A stretch of 21,708 nucleotides of DNA, from the NCBI GenBank assembly GCA_044866005.1, contig JBIOTN010000222.1, positions 1 to 21,708 on the forward strand, written 5' to 3'. How positions within the stretch are numbered: the first letter of the stretch is position 1; each line of letters begins with the position of its first letter. Source of the stretch: Candidatus Rokuibacteriota bacterium (GTDB lineage Bacteria > Methylomirabilota > Methylomirabilia > Rokubacteriales > DASRDR01). Shown here piece after piece: positions 1-7,890 of this stretch. Under the pieces are notes generated by a model. That model made no database searches. It had not been told where the DNA came from and saw nothing but the letters and a program-made list of their open reading frames with translations. The position numbers were made by a program, and so were the translations under genes.

Positions 1-1
1 T

Positions 2-433
2 GGGCGCTTCGACGAGGACGCCCTCGAGTCGGCGCTCGGGAGCGAGGCCGGCTACGTCAGCCTGGTGTCGAGCCCGACGCGGGCCCGGGTGGTCCGCGAG
101 ACGCTGGGCGCGCGGGGGGTGCCGGCCGGGCGCGTGGCGCGGCTCAAGACGCCGGCGGGGCTCGACCTCGGCGCGGTGACGCCGGAGGAGATCGCGGTCA
201 GCATCCTGGCCGAGCTCGTCCAGCAGCGCCGGACCGTGCCGTCGGGGTCCTCGCCGGCGCCCGCGGCCGAACCTGCCGCCGCGCGGGATCCCGTCTGCGG
301 CATGCCGGTCGCCGTGGCCGCGGCGCCGTACGCCTCCCAGGTCGCCGGCCGGCCGTTTTACTTCTGCTGTGCCGGCTGCAAGCAGAGCTTCGACCGGGAG
401 CCCGCCCGCTACATCCTGGCCGCGCCGGCCTGA
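2..433 (+). CDS. XdhC/CoxI-family molybdoenzyme accessory protein with C-terminal YHS-type metal-binding domain (5'-truncated by window edge)
   Basis: Frame is open from nt 2 (GRFDEDALESALGSEAGYVSLVSS...). XdhC C-terminal motif 'RLKTPAGLDLGAVTPEEIAVSILAELV' is followed by YHS/TRASH-like 'DPVCGM...FYFCCAGCKQSFDREPARY'. Stop TGA at 431-433. Confidence 0.88.
   Translation, partial: GRFDEDALESALGSEAGYVSLVSSPTRARVVRETLGARGVPAGRVARLKTPAGLDLGAVTPEEIAVSILAELVQQRRTVPSGSSPAPAAEPAAARDPVCGMPVAVAAAPYASQVAGRPFYFCCAGCKQSFDREPARYILAAPA
356..433 (+). repeat. Direct repeat copy 1 (last 25 codons + stop of the xdhC-YHS gene)
   Basis: Aligns without gaps to 1546-1623; 69/78 nt identical by manual comparison. 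Confidence 0.95.
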
Positions 434-736
434 AGCCGCGCCGTCGCCCTCAGGTCGCCCGCCCTCGGTCATCCGGACCGCCGTACAGCGACCGGATCCT
501 GGCGGATTGGCGGAGCTCAGACCGAGGCGGCTCGCCATTTACACACGGCTCGATTTTCGTCGGCAACGGTGAACGCGCGCTCCGGGATCCGGCCCGCGTC
601 TCTCGCGAGACTCTGGGCGGTGACCCGGGGGCCGGCGCCGCCGGCCGATTCCGTTTGCAGATATTGGTGGCCTTTGCGGCGAGACTTGCCGCCCGCTGCC
701 GGGGGAGAGGGATCCACCCGTTTTGACCGTTTTCGC

Positions 737-765
737 TTGACAGCCCGACGGCCGCCGCTTAGATT
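737..765 (+). promoter_or_regulatory. sigma70-type promoter inside the islet
   Basis: TTGACA (737-742), 17-nt spacer, TAGATT (760-765). Confidence 0.7.
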
Positions 766-857
766 CGCCGCACTCGCGCTCGGACCGTACGTCTCGGGAG
801 GGCGACGATGCCCGCGAGTGCGCTCCCCGGACAACTCTTCCGCTACGAGCGCCTCGC

Positions 858-1013
858 GTGACGACCCAGCCGCGCGAGCGGCTCGAGTTCGACCGACCCG
901 CCAAGCTGAGGGGCGTCGAAGTCCTGCCGGCGGACCACTGCCCGCGAATCTGGCGCTGGTACCGCGAGGCCCCCCGCGTGCCCGGACGATACGTGCATCG
1001 CCGCGCGGGGTAA
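858..1013 (+). pseudogene. Possible internally deleted AraC-family regulator remnant (51 aa)
   Basis: GTG start; translation VTTQPRERLEFDRPAKLRGVEVLPADHCPRIWRWYREAPRVPGRYVHRRAG*. The N-terminal part resembles the start of AraC-type ligand-binding domains and 'PGRY' resembles the AraC C-terminal end. Pattern recognition only, no search run. Confidence 0.35.
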
Positions 1014-1037
1014 TGCCGAGTAGGGAGGGTCACCACC

Positions 1038-1544
1038 ATGCGAGACGGCGGTACGTGGTCGACGTGGGGGCTGTTCTTGGTCCTCTCTGTGGTGCTCGTC
1101 AGTTGTGGCAGTGGAGAGAGGGCGGTGACGGGACCGTCCAATCACCAGGCGCTCGCCCTCAAGCCGGCCATCGATCTCACCGGTACTTGGGTGGGCACGG
1201 TGCACGTCACCCAACCACTGAACAGTGGACCTCTGGAGTGCGTAGAGGACGACGCTCTCTCGCTGACACTCAACCAGAGTAATGGCGATCTCACGGGTAG
1301 CCTCGTGGCCACCGTCCTGAGGGTTCAGGACTTCATCGGGTCTTGCAGCCCCGTCGGGCTCGTCGCCACCTGGGCCATTACCGGCACCGTGAACGGGAAC
1401 ACGTTCGATATCACTGGCACCGGAACTTGCCCCCCCGCATGCCCGTTGCACATCACGGGCCGATTCACGGCAAACGAGATAATCGGCAGCGGCTCAGAAG
1501 ATGTTTTTCATTCGGGGGGGACGGCAGTCTTGCATCGGCAGTAG
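1038..1544 (+). CDS. Hypothetical lipoprotein, probably beta-strand-rich (168 aa)
   Basis: SD GGGAGG upstream of the ATG; hydrophobic stretch ending in lipobox LVS-C; 'DLTGTWVGT' and alternating Thr/Gly beta-strand patterns; GC about 60% in sampled lines, lower than the flanks. Confidence 0.75.
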   Translation: MRDGGTWSTWGLFLVLSVVLVSCGSGERAVTGPSNHQALALKPAIDLTGTWVGTVHVTQPLNSGPLECVEDDALSLTLNQSNGDLTGSLVATVLRVQDFIGSCSPVGLVATWAITGTVNGNTFDITGTGTCPPACPLHITGRFTANEIIGSGSEDVFHSGGTAVLHRQ

Positions 1545-1545
1545 G

Positions 1546-1623
1546 TTCTACTTCTGCTGCGCCGGCTACAAGCAGGCCTTCGACCGGGACCCCGCCCGCT
1601 ACATCCTCGCCGCCCCGGCTTGA
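1546..1623 (+). repeat. Direct repeat copy 2 (orphan 3' fragment of the xdhC-YHS gene)
   Basis: Encodes FYFCCAGYKQAFDRDPARYILAAPA* versus FYFCCAGCKQSFDREPARYILAAPA* in copy 1. It has no start codon of its own and is separated from the lipoprotein stop by 1 nt. Confidence 0.95.
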
Positions 1624-1682
1624 TCCTTCGGAGGCGAGCAGCGCCCCCTCCGAGAGAATATAGTGGGAGCTAGAGGCTCCCC

Positions 1683-3473
1683 ATGCCTTCCCGCATCGAA
1701 GACTACGCCCTGCTCGGCGACTGCCTGACCGCCGCCCTCGTGGCGCGCGACGGCTCGATCGACTGGCTCTGCCTTCCCCGCTTCGACTCGGGCGCGTGCT
1801 TCGCCGCGCTCCTCGGTCGGCCGGAGCACGGCCGGTGGCTCCTCGCGCCGGCCGGCGAGGTTCGCCGCGTGCGCCGGCGCTATCGCGACGGGACGCTCGT
1901 TCTGGAGACCGAGTACGAGCTGGAGGGCGGTGCCGTGACGCTCATCGACTGGATGCCGCCCCGCACCGACGAGCCCGACCTTCACCGGCTGGTCGTCGGG
2001 ACGCGCGGCCGCGTGCAGATGCGGATGGAGCTCGTCATCCGCTTCGACTACGGGGCCATCATCCCCTGGGTACGGCGCGTCGACGGCGGCATCCACGCGA
2101 TCGCCGGTCCGGACCGGCTGCTCTTGCGCACCCCCGTCGAGCTGCGCGGCAAGGATTTGACGACGGTCGCCGAGTTCACGGTCGCGGAGGGCGAGCGCGT
2201 GCCGTTCACGCTGACCTGGTGCCGCTCCCATGACCCGGTCCCGGAGGCGCGGGACGTCGAGGAGTCGCTCCGGGAGACCACGCGGTGGTGGGAGGAGTGG
2301 GCCGCGCGCTGCTCCTACGAGGGGCCGTGGCGTGACGCCGTGGTCCGGTCCCTCATCACCCTCAAGGCCTTGACGTACGCGCCGACGGGCGGGATCGTCG
2401 CGGCGGCCACCACGTCCCTGCCCGAGCAGCTCGGCGGCGTCCGGAACTGGGACTACCGGTACTGCTGGCTCCGTGACGCGACCTTCACGCTCTACGCCTT
2501 GATGCTGGGCGGCTACACCGACGAGGCGCGGGCCTGGCGCGAGTGGCTGCTGCGGGCGGTGGCGGGGACCCCGCCGCAGATCCAGATCATGTACGGGCTG
2601 GCCGGGGAGCGGCGGCTGACGGAGCTCGAGCTCGACTGGCTGCCCGGGTACGAGGGAGCGGCGCCCGTCCGCATCGGCAACGCCGCGCACCGGCAGCTCC
2701 AGCTCGACATCTTCGGCGAGGTGCTCGACGCCTTCCACGTGGCGCGCCGCGAGGGGCTCGCGGCGGACGAGAACGCCTGGCGCGTCCAGCGGGCGCTGGT
2801 CGACCACCTGGAGACCATCTGGACCGAGCCGGACGAGGGCATCTGGGAGGTGCGCGGGCCGCGGCGCCACTTCACCCATTCCAAGGTCATGGCATGGGTC
2901 GCCTTCGACCGGGCGGTCAAGGGCGTCGAGCGCCTGGGCCTCGGCGGCCCCGTGGAGCGGTGGCGCCGGCTGCGCGACGCCGTCCACGCGGAGGTCTGCG
3001 AGCGGGGGTACGATCCCGGCCGGAACACGTTCGTCCAGTACTACGGCGGGAAGGAGCCGGATGCGAGCCTCTTGATGATGGCGCTCGTGGGCTTCCTGCC
3101 GCCGAGCGATCCGCGGATCCGCGGCACGGTCGAGACGATCGAGCGGGAGCTCATGCGCGAGGGCTTCGTGGCGCGCTATCCCACCACGCCGGAGGTCGAC
3201 GGGCTGCCGCCCGGCGAGGGCGCGTTCCTGGCTTGCAGCTTCTGGCTGGCCGACAACTTCGCCCTGCTCGGCCGCCGAGAGGACGCGCGCCGGTGCTTCG
3301 AGAACCTCCTCGCCCTGCGGAACGACGTGGGGTTGCTGTCGGAGGAGTACGACCCCGAGGCCCAGCGGCTGGTGGGGAATTTCCCTCAGGCCTTTTCCCA
3401 CGTGTCGCTGATCAACACGGCCTGCAACCTCTCCCGGGCCCCCGGCCCCGCCGACATCCGCCCGAAGACCTGA
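1683..3473 (+). CDS. Glycoside hydrolase family 15 (trehalase/glucoamylase-like)
   Basis: 596 aa. Motifs 'IEDYALLGD', 'GSIDWLCLPRFDS', 'AAATTSLPE...RNWDYRYCWLRD', 'DEGIWEVR', 'GLLSEE', 'GNFPQAFSH'. Confidence 0.95.
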   Translation: MPSRIEDYALLGDCLTAALVARDGSIDWLCLPRFDSGACFAALLGRPEHGRWLLAPAGEVRRVRRRYRDGTLVLETEYELEGGAVTLIDWMPPRTDEPDLHRLVVGTRGRVQMRMELVIRFDYGAIIPWVRRVDGGIHAIAGPDRLLLRTPVELRGKDLTTVAEFTVAEGERVPFTLTWCRSHDPVPEARDVEESLRETTRWWEEWAARCSYEGPWRDAVVRSLITLKALTYAPTGGIVAAATTSLPEQLGGVRNWDYRYCWLRDATFTLYALMLGGYTDEARAWREWLLRAVAGTPPQIQIMYGLAGERRLTELELDWLPGYEGAAPVRIGNAAHRQLQLDIFGEVLDAFHVARREGLAADENAWRVQRALVDHLETIWTEPDEGIWEVRGPRRHFTHSKVMAWVAFDRAVKGVERLGLGGPVERWRRLRDAVHAEVCERGYDPGRNTFVQYYGGKEPDASLLMMALVGFLPPSDPRIRGTVETIERELMREGFVARYPTTPEVDGLPPGEGAFLACSFWLADNFALLGRREDARRCFENLLALRNDVGLLSEEYDPEAQRLVGNFPQAFSHVSLINTACNLSRAPGPADIRPKT

Positions 3474-3502
3474 CCGCCGGCGGCAGGGGCCGCCGACGGC
3501 CG

Positions 3503-3528
3503 CCACGGCGCCCGTCACCGCGCCGTGG
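3503..3528. terminator. Hairpin between convergent genes (no U-tract)
   Basis: CCACGGCGC-N8-GCGCCGTGG, a perfect 9-bp stem between the GH15 and CRTAC1-family stops. Confidence 0.4.
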
Positions 3529-3541
3529 TCTCGCCGAAGGG

Positions 3542-5572
3542 TCAGCGCTCTTCCACGACCGTGATCGTCGAGTTCGGGGTGAGCCCCGTGGTCACGACTT
3601 GGTCCTTGCCGGACGGCCAGCGCACCTCGATGCGATCGATCCGGATGGCGTCGCCGAGACCGAAGTAGAGCGGCAGCGCGCTCTGAGAAAGGTAGCCGGA
3701 CTTCCCGTCGCTGTACTTGGTGTACGTGGTGCCGCCCGCCACGAGCTGGACCGTCGCCCCGAGTCCCTGACGGTTTGACCGCGTGCCCACGAGCTTGACC
3801 TGCGCCCAGTGGAGCGGTTTCCGCCGCGCCAGGTCACTGAGGAGGACCATGGGGTGCCAGCCGAACTCGTTGGTGACGATGTCGAGGTCGCCGTCGCCGT
3901 CCAGGTCGAAGATGGCGGAGGAACGGCTGGATACCGTCCCCATGACGGTGATCCGGCCCGTCTGTCCGCCGCAGTAGAGCCGGTTCTTCTTCGCCGTCGC
4001 CGCGTCCTTCGCCGGCGAGGAGCAGTCGAATTCCATCCGCGGCGCCATGGTCAGCCCATCGCGGCGCGGCTCGACATGGAGGATGAACTCGGCGTCCAGA
4101 AGCTTCTTGCCGCGGTTGTTCAGGAGAAGGGTGTTCACACCATACCGGTGCGGGAAGCCCATGCCGGACGTGATGAAGACGTCCTCCCAGCCGTCCGCGT
4201 TCAGATCGCCTGTCGACACACCCCAGGGCCAGTAGTTCTCGGCCCCGATCTTGTCCGAGACCTCCACGAACCGCCCGCCACCGCGGTTTTCGTAGAAAGC
4301 GTTCCCGAACATCGCCGTGGTGCTCACCTTGTAGGCCTCGGCCTTCAGCCCCTTCGGATACTTCCGTGTCAAGAAATACGCGGCCTGCTCCAGCTTGGTC
4401 TTCTCCTTGTCGGGAGGCGGTCCGTAGAGCATGTCGGAGTGCATGTCGGTGACCAGCAGGTCCATGAGAGCGTCGTTGTTCCAGTCGAAGAACTTGAGTC
4501 CCATGGCCCCGAAGGGCGTCTTGGGGAAGTACCGGAGGGTCTTGTCCACGAACCTCTTGCCGTGCTGGTTCTCGTAGTAGTGGTTCTGGCCCTGCATGTT
4601 CACGACGTAGAGGTCCGGATAGCGGTCCCCGTTCAGGTCCGCGAAGCTGGCGTCGCCGCTCCAGCTCCCGTCGAGCAGGCCGGTCTCCTTGCTGACGTCG
4701 GCGAACCGATGCTGGCCGAGGTTCCGGAACAGGCGGCTGTACTCCGTCCGCTCCGGGTAGAGGTGGCCGAAGAACGCGTCTTCGCGGCCGATGTAGTAAC
4801 CGCCGCAGCCGCGGGCGTCGGTCGTGTACCTGCCGACGTTGACGAGGAAGAGGTCGAGAAGCCCGTCGTTGTCGTAGTCGAAGAAGACGGCTGCCGAGGA
4901 GTGGCCCACGTGGTCCAGGCGGGATTCCTTGGAGACGTCGGTGAAGTGGCCTTGGCCGTCGTTGCGGAAGAGGACGTTGCCGCCGCGCACGGTGACCACG
5001 TAGAGGTCGGGGTAGCCCCTGTTGTCGAGGTCGGCGAAGCTGGCGCTGACACTGATGCGGTCGGATACGGCGACCCCGGCCTCGGCGGTGATGTCCTCGA
5101 ACCTGCCGTTGCCGAGGTTCTTCCAGAGCTGGTTGCCGCCGAGCTGGTTCACGAAGTAGACGTCGTGGAGTCCGTCCCCGTCCACGTCGGCCACGGCGAG
5201 CCCGGTCCCGTGGTCGTAGTGGACGGCCTTGGAGTCCTTGCCGGCGTCGTCCACGGGGCGCTGCAGGAACGTGATGCCGCTCTCCTTGGCCCGGTCGGCG
5301 AACTCGAACTGATGGAACACCTCGAACTGGGAGAGGGTACCGAGCTGGGCCCGTCGCCACGCCTCGATGCTCTTGGCGCCGAGGTCCGGATCGGGGAACC
5401 GGACGGTGGGAAGCGCCGCGCTCGGCGGCCACGGATCGCACCTGGCCGGGCCTCCCCTCGTCGCGCCGGCGCCGGGCTGGCCCGTGCCGGCCGCCACGCC
5501 GCTGGCGACGATCAGGAGCACGAGGGGGGCCCAGCCGAGGTTTCGGAGTCGGCGGTTGGATCCCTGCGTCAT
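3542..5572 (-). CDS. Secreted CRTAC1-family protein (FG-GAP/VCBS repeats + C-terminal ASPIC/UnbV domain), 676 aa
   Basis: Start placed at ATG 5572 behind strong SD AAAGGAGGAG. Signal-peptide-like N-terminus; repeated DxDxDGxxD motifs (DVDGDGLHD, DYDNDGLLD, DLNGDRYPD, DLNADGWED, DLDGDGDLD); C-terminal 'SGYLSQS..PLYFGLG...IEVRWPSG'. Confidence 0.92.
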   Translation of the reverse strand: MTQGSNRRLRNLGWAPLVLLIVASGVAAGTGQPGAGATRGGPARCDPWPPSAALPTVRFPDPDLGAKSIEAWRRAQLGTLSQFEVFHQFEFADRAKESGITFLQRPVDDAGKDSKAVHYDHGTGLAVADVDGDGLHDVYFVNQLGGNQLWKNLGNGRFEDITAEAGVAVSDRISVSASFADLDNRGYPDLYVVTVRGGNVLFRNDGQGHFTDVSKESRLDHVGHSSAAVFFDYDNDGLLDLFLVNVGRYTTDARGCGGYYIGREDAFFGHLYPERTEYSRLFRNLGQHRFADVSKETGLLDGSWSGDASFADLNGDRYPDLYVVNMQGQNHYYENQHGKRFVDKTLRYFPKTPFGAMGLKFFDWNNDALMDLLVTDMHSDMLYGPPPDKEKTKLEQAAYFLTRKYPKGLKAEAYKVSTTAMFGNAFYENRGGGRFVEVSDKIGAENYWPWGVSTGDLNADGWEDVFITSGMGFPHRYGVNTLLLNNRGKKLLDAEFILHVEPRRDGLTMAPRMEFDCSSPAKDAATAKKNRLYCGGQTGRITVMGTVSSRSSAIFDLDGDGDLDIVTNEFGWHPMVLLSDLARRKPLHWAQVKLVGTRSNRQGLGATVQLVAGGTTYTKYSDGKSGYLSQSALPLYFGLGDAIRIDRIEVRWPSGKDQVVTTGLTPNSTITVVEER

Positions 5573-5818
5573 GCACTCCTCCTTTGACAACCCGATGACG
5601 AACGGCGTGCCGCGACCGTGCGCGAAGTCTGGGGGACGCCTTTCCGGGGAGAGGAGAGGGCTCGGCGGCCGAACCGTCAGCCGCTGGGCGCACGATGGCG
5701 GGACGCGCTTACTTCTCTCTGGGTGGCGTTCGACTCCCGTCGATGTCCATCCGAGGGCTGAAATCCTCTCGACAGTCACTCTAGGCCCCGGGGATCGTCC
5801 GTTCAAGCTCCAAGTCGT

Positions 5819-5847
5819 TTGCGTGCTTACCCCGAATCTGCCAAAAT
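5819..5847 (+). promoter_or_regulatory. Putative sigma70 promoter of leuC (near-leaderless)
   Basis: TTGCGT (5819-5824), 17-nt spacer ending TGC, CAAAAT (5842-5847). ATG follows at 5857 with no SD. Confidence 0.45.
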
Positions 5848-5856
5848 GACCGGGCC

Positions 5857-7260
5857 ATGGCTGAGACACTGCTCGACAAGATCTGGCGTGCCCATACCGT
5901 CCGCGTCCTCCCCTCCGGGCAGACGCAGCTCCTGATCGGCCTCCACCTGATCCACGAGGTCACGAGCCCGCAGGCCTTTCAGATGCTCCGCGAGGCCGGG
6001 CTTCGCGTCCGGATGCCCGAGCGGACGTTCGCCACCGTCGACCACATCGTCCCCACCGCCTCGCAGCGCCGGCCCTTCGCCGACGTCGTGGCGGAGGAGA
6101 TGACGGTGCACCTCGTCCGCAACTGCCAGGAGTTCGCCGTCCCGCTCTTCGACCTGGACAGCGGGCGCCAGGGCATCGTCCACGTCATCGGGCCCGAGCT
6201 GGGGCTGACCCAGCCCGGCATGACCATCGCCTGTGGGGACAGCCACACCTCGACCCACGGAGCCGTCGGCGCCCTCGCGTTCGGGATCGGGACGAGCCAG
6301 GTCCGCGACGTCCTGGCCACCCAGTGCCTGGCGATGGCCAAGCCCAGGCTCCGGCAGGTCCGGGTCGAGGGGAAGCTCGCGCCCGGCGTCTACGCCAAGG
6401 ACGTGATCCTCGCCATCATCCAGAAGCTCGGCGTCAAGGGCGGCGTGGGCTACGCCTACGAGTACGCGGGGTCGGTGATCGAGGCGATGACGATGGACGA
6501 GCGCCTCACCGTGTGCAACATGTCGATCGAGGGCGGCGCGCGCGCGGGCTACGTCAACCCGGACGCGACGACCTTCGCGTACCTCCGCGGTCGCCCGTTC
6601 GCGCCCCAGGGCGAGGCCTTCGAGCGCGCGGTCCGCTGGTGGAAGAGCATCGCGACGGACCTCGACGCCCGGTTCGACGACGTCGCCCGGCTGGACGGGG
6701 GCGCGATCGAGCCGATGGTGACGTGGGGGATCAACCCGGGCCAGTCGGTCGGGGTCGGCGAGCGCATCCCGGACGCCGAGGCGGCGCCCCAGACCGAGCG
6801 GACGACCTGGCGCGAGGCCCTCGCCTTCATGGACTTCAAGGCCGGGCAGCCGATCGCGGGAACGCGGATCGACGTGGCGTTCATCGGTTCGTGTACGAAC
6901 GCGCGCCTGTCGGACCTCCGGGCGGCGGCCGAGGTGGCGCGGGGTCGCACGGTCGCCAAGGGTGTCCGCGCGCTCGTCGTTCCCGGCTCGCAGGTCGTGG
7001 CCCGGGCGGCGGAGAGCGAGGGGCTTCCCGAGATCTTCCAGGCGGCCGGCTTCGAGTGGCGGAAGGCGGGGTGCTCGATGTGCCTGGGGATGAACGAGGA
7101 CAAGCTCCGGGGCCGCGAGGTCTGCGCCTCGTCGAGCAACCGGAACTTCATCGGCCGGCAGGGGAGCCCGACCGGCCGGACGCTCCTGATGAGCCCGGCG
7201 ATGGTGGCCGCGGCGGCGATCGCCGGCGCCGTGACGGACGTCCGGGAGATGCTGCGTTGA
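5857..7260 (+). CDS. leuC: 3-isopropylmalate dehydratase large subunit
   Basis: Motifs 'HEVTSPQAF', 'GIVHVIGPE', '[11 protein letters not shown]', Fe-S ligands 'IGSCTN' and 'GCSMCLGMN', '[12 protein letters not shown]'. Confidence 0.97.
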   Translation: MAETLLDKIWRAHTVRVLPSGQTQLLIGLHLIHEVTSPQAFQMLREAGLRVRMPERTFATVDHIVPTASQRRPFADVVAEEMTVHLVRNCQEFAVPLFDLDSGRQGIVHVIGPELGLTQPGMTIACGDSHTSTHGAVGALAFGIGTSQVRDVLATQCLAMAKPRLRQVRVEGKLAPGVYAKDVILAIIQKLGVKGGVGYAYEYAGSVIEAMTMDERLTVCNMSIEGGARAGYVNPDATTFAYLRGRPFAPQGEAFERAVRWWKSIATDLDARFDDVARLDGGAIEPMVTWGINPGQSVGVGERIPDAEAAPQTERTTWREALAFMDFKAGQPIAGTRIDVAFIGSCTNARLSDLRAAAEVARGRTVAKGVRALVVPGSQVVARAAESEGLPEIFQAAGFEWRKAGCSMCLGMNEDKLRGREVCASSSNRNFIGRQGSPTGRTLLMSPAMVAAAAIAGAVTDVREMLR

Positions 7261-7853
7261 CCGGCCCGGATGCGCGGCGGCAGGTCGTCGGGCGGGCCAT
7301 CCCGCTTCCCGGCGGCGACATCGACACCGACCGGATCATCCCGGCGCGCTACCTCAAGAGCGTGACGTTCGAGGGCCTCGGGGAGCACGTTTTCGAGGAC
7401 GCCCGGAAGCAGGACGCCGAGCACCCCTTCAACCAGCGCGCGTACCAGGGCGCGTCGCTCCTCGTCGTCGGGTTGAACTTCGGCTGCGGCTCCTCGCGCG
7501 AGCACGCGCCCGAGGCGCTCAAGCGCTGGGGAATCCGCGGGATCGTCGGAGGGTCGTTCGGCGAGATCTTCTTCGGGAACTGCACGGCTCTGGGGATCCC
7601 GTGCGTCACCGCGGAGATGGCGGACGTGGACTGGCTGCTCCGGGCGGTGGCGCGTCAGCCCGGGCAGCCGCTGACGCTCGATCTCGAGCGGGGCGAGGTC
7701 GTCTTCGGGGAGCGCGCGATCCTCGTCCGCATGCCCGAGGGCGCGCGCCAGCAGCTCCTCGGCGGCACCTGGAACGCCACGGGCGTCCTGCTGGAGGCCG
7801 GCGAGGCCATCGAGCAGGTGGCGAAGCGCCTCCCCTACGTGGTCGGCTACTGA
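7257..7853 (+). CDS. leuD: 3-isopropylmalate dehydratase small subunit (198 aa)
   Basis: TTG start overlaps the leuC stop (TTGA), with GGGAG upstream. Motifs '[14 protein letters not shown]', '[12 protein letters not shown]', '[10 protein letters not shown]'. It is the C-terminal part of ORF 6324..7853. Confidence 0.93.
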   Translation: MTGPDARRQVVGRAIPLPGGDIDTDRIIPARYLKSVTFEGLGEHVFEDARKQDAEHPFNQRAYQGASLLVVGLNFGCGSSREHAPEALKRWGIRGIVGGSFGEIFFGNCTALGIPCVTAEMADVDWLLRAVARQPGQPLTLDLERGEVVFGERAILVRMPEGARQQLLGGTWNATGVLLEAGEAIEQVAKRLPYVVGY

Positions 7854-7856
7854 GCC

Positions 7857-7877
7857 CCTCGCCGGGCGCCGGCGAGG
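7857..7877. terminator. Hairpin between convergent leuD and TPR gene
   Basis: CCTCGCCGG-GCG-CCGGCGAGG, 9-bp perfect stem, no U-tract. Confidence 0.45.
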
Positions 7878-7890
7878 TCCCGGCCGCGGA

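Noticed and set aside
463..527. Nested inverted repeats (CCTCGGTC/GACCGAGG; ATCCGG/CCGGAT) as an ncRNA
   Set aside because: Short stems are expected by chance at high GC and match no RNA family I recognise.
356..1623. Diversity-generating retroelement TR/VR pair
   Set aside because: Mismatches are not adenine-specific, are mostly at third codon positions, and no reverse transcriptase is present in the window.
1599..3518. Long antisense/alternative-frame ORFs (1599..3518, 3809..5587, 8029..9774, 11064..13244, 12782..14626, 15172..16680, 19239..21521, etc.)
   Set aside because: Shadow ORFs expected at this GC content. They overlap well-supported genes and have no recognisable motifs.
5573..5869. 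N-terminal extensions in the ORF track (CRTAC1-family from 5869, leuD from 6324, SDR from 16012, receiver from 16830, kinase from 18751)
   Set aside because: The extensions overlap neighbouring genes or promoters or are Arg/Pro-rich noise. Downstream starts match family N-termini and mostly have SD sequences.
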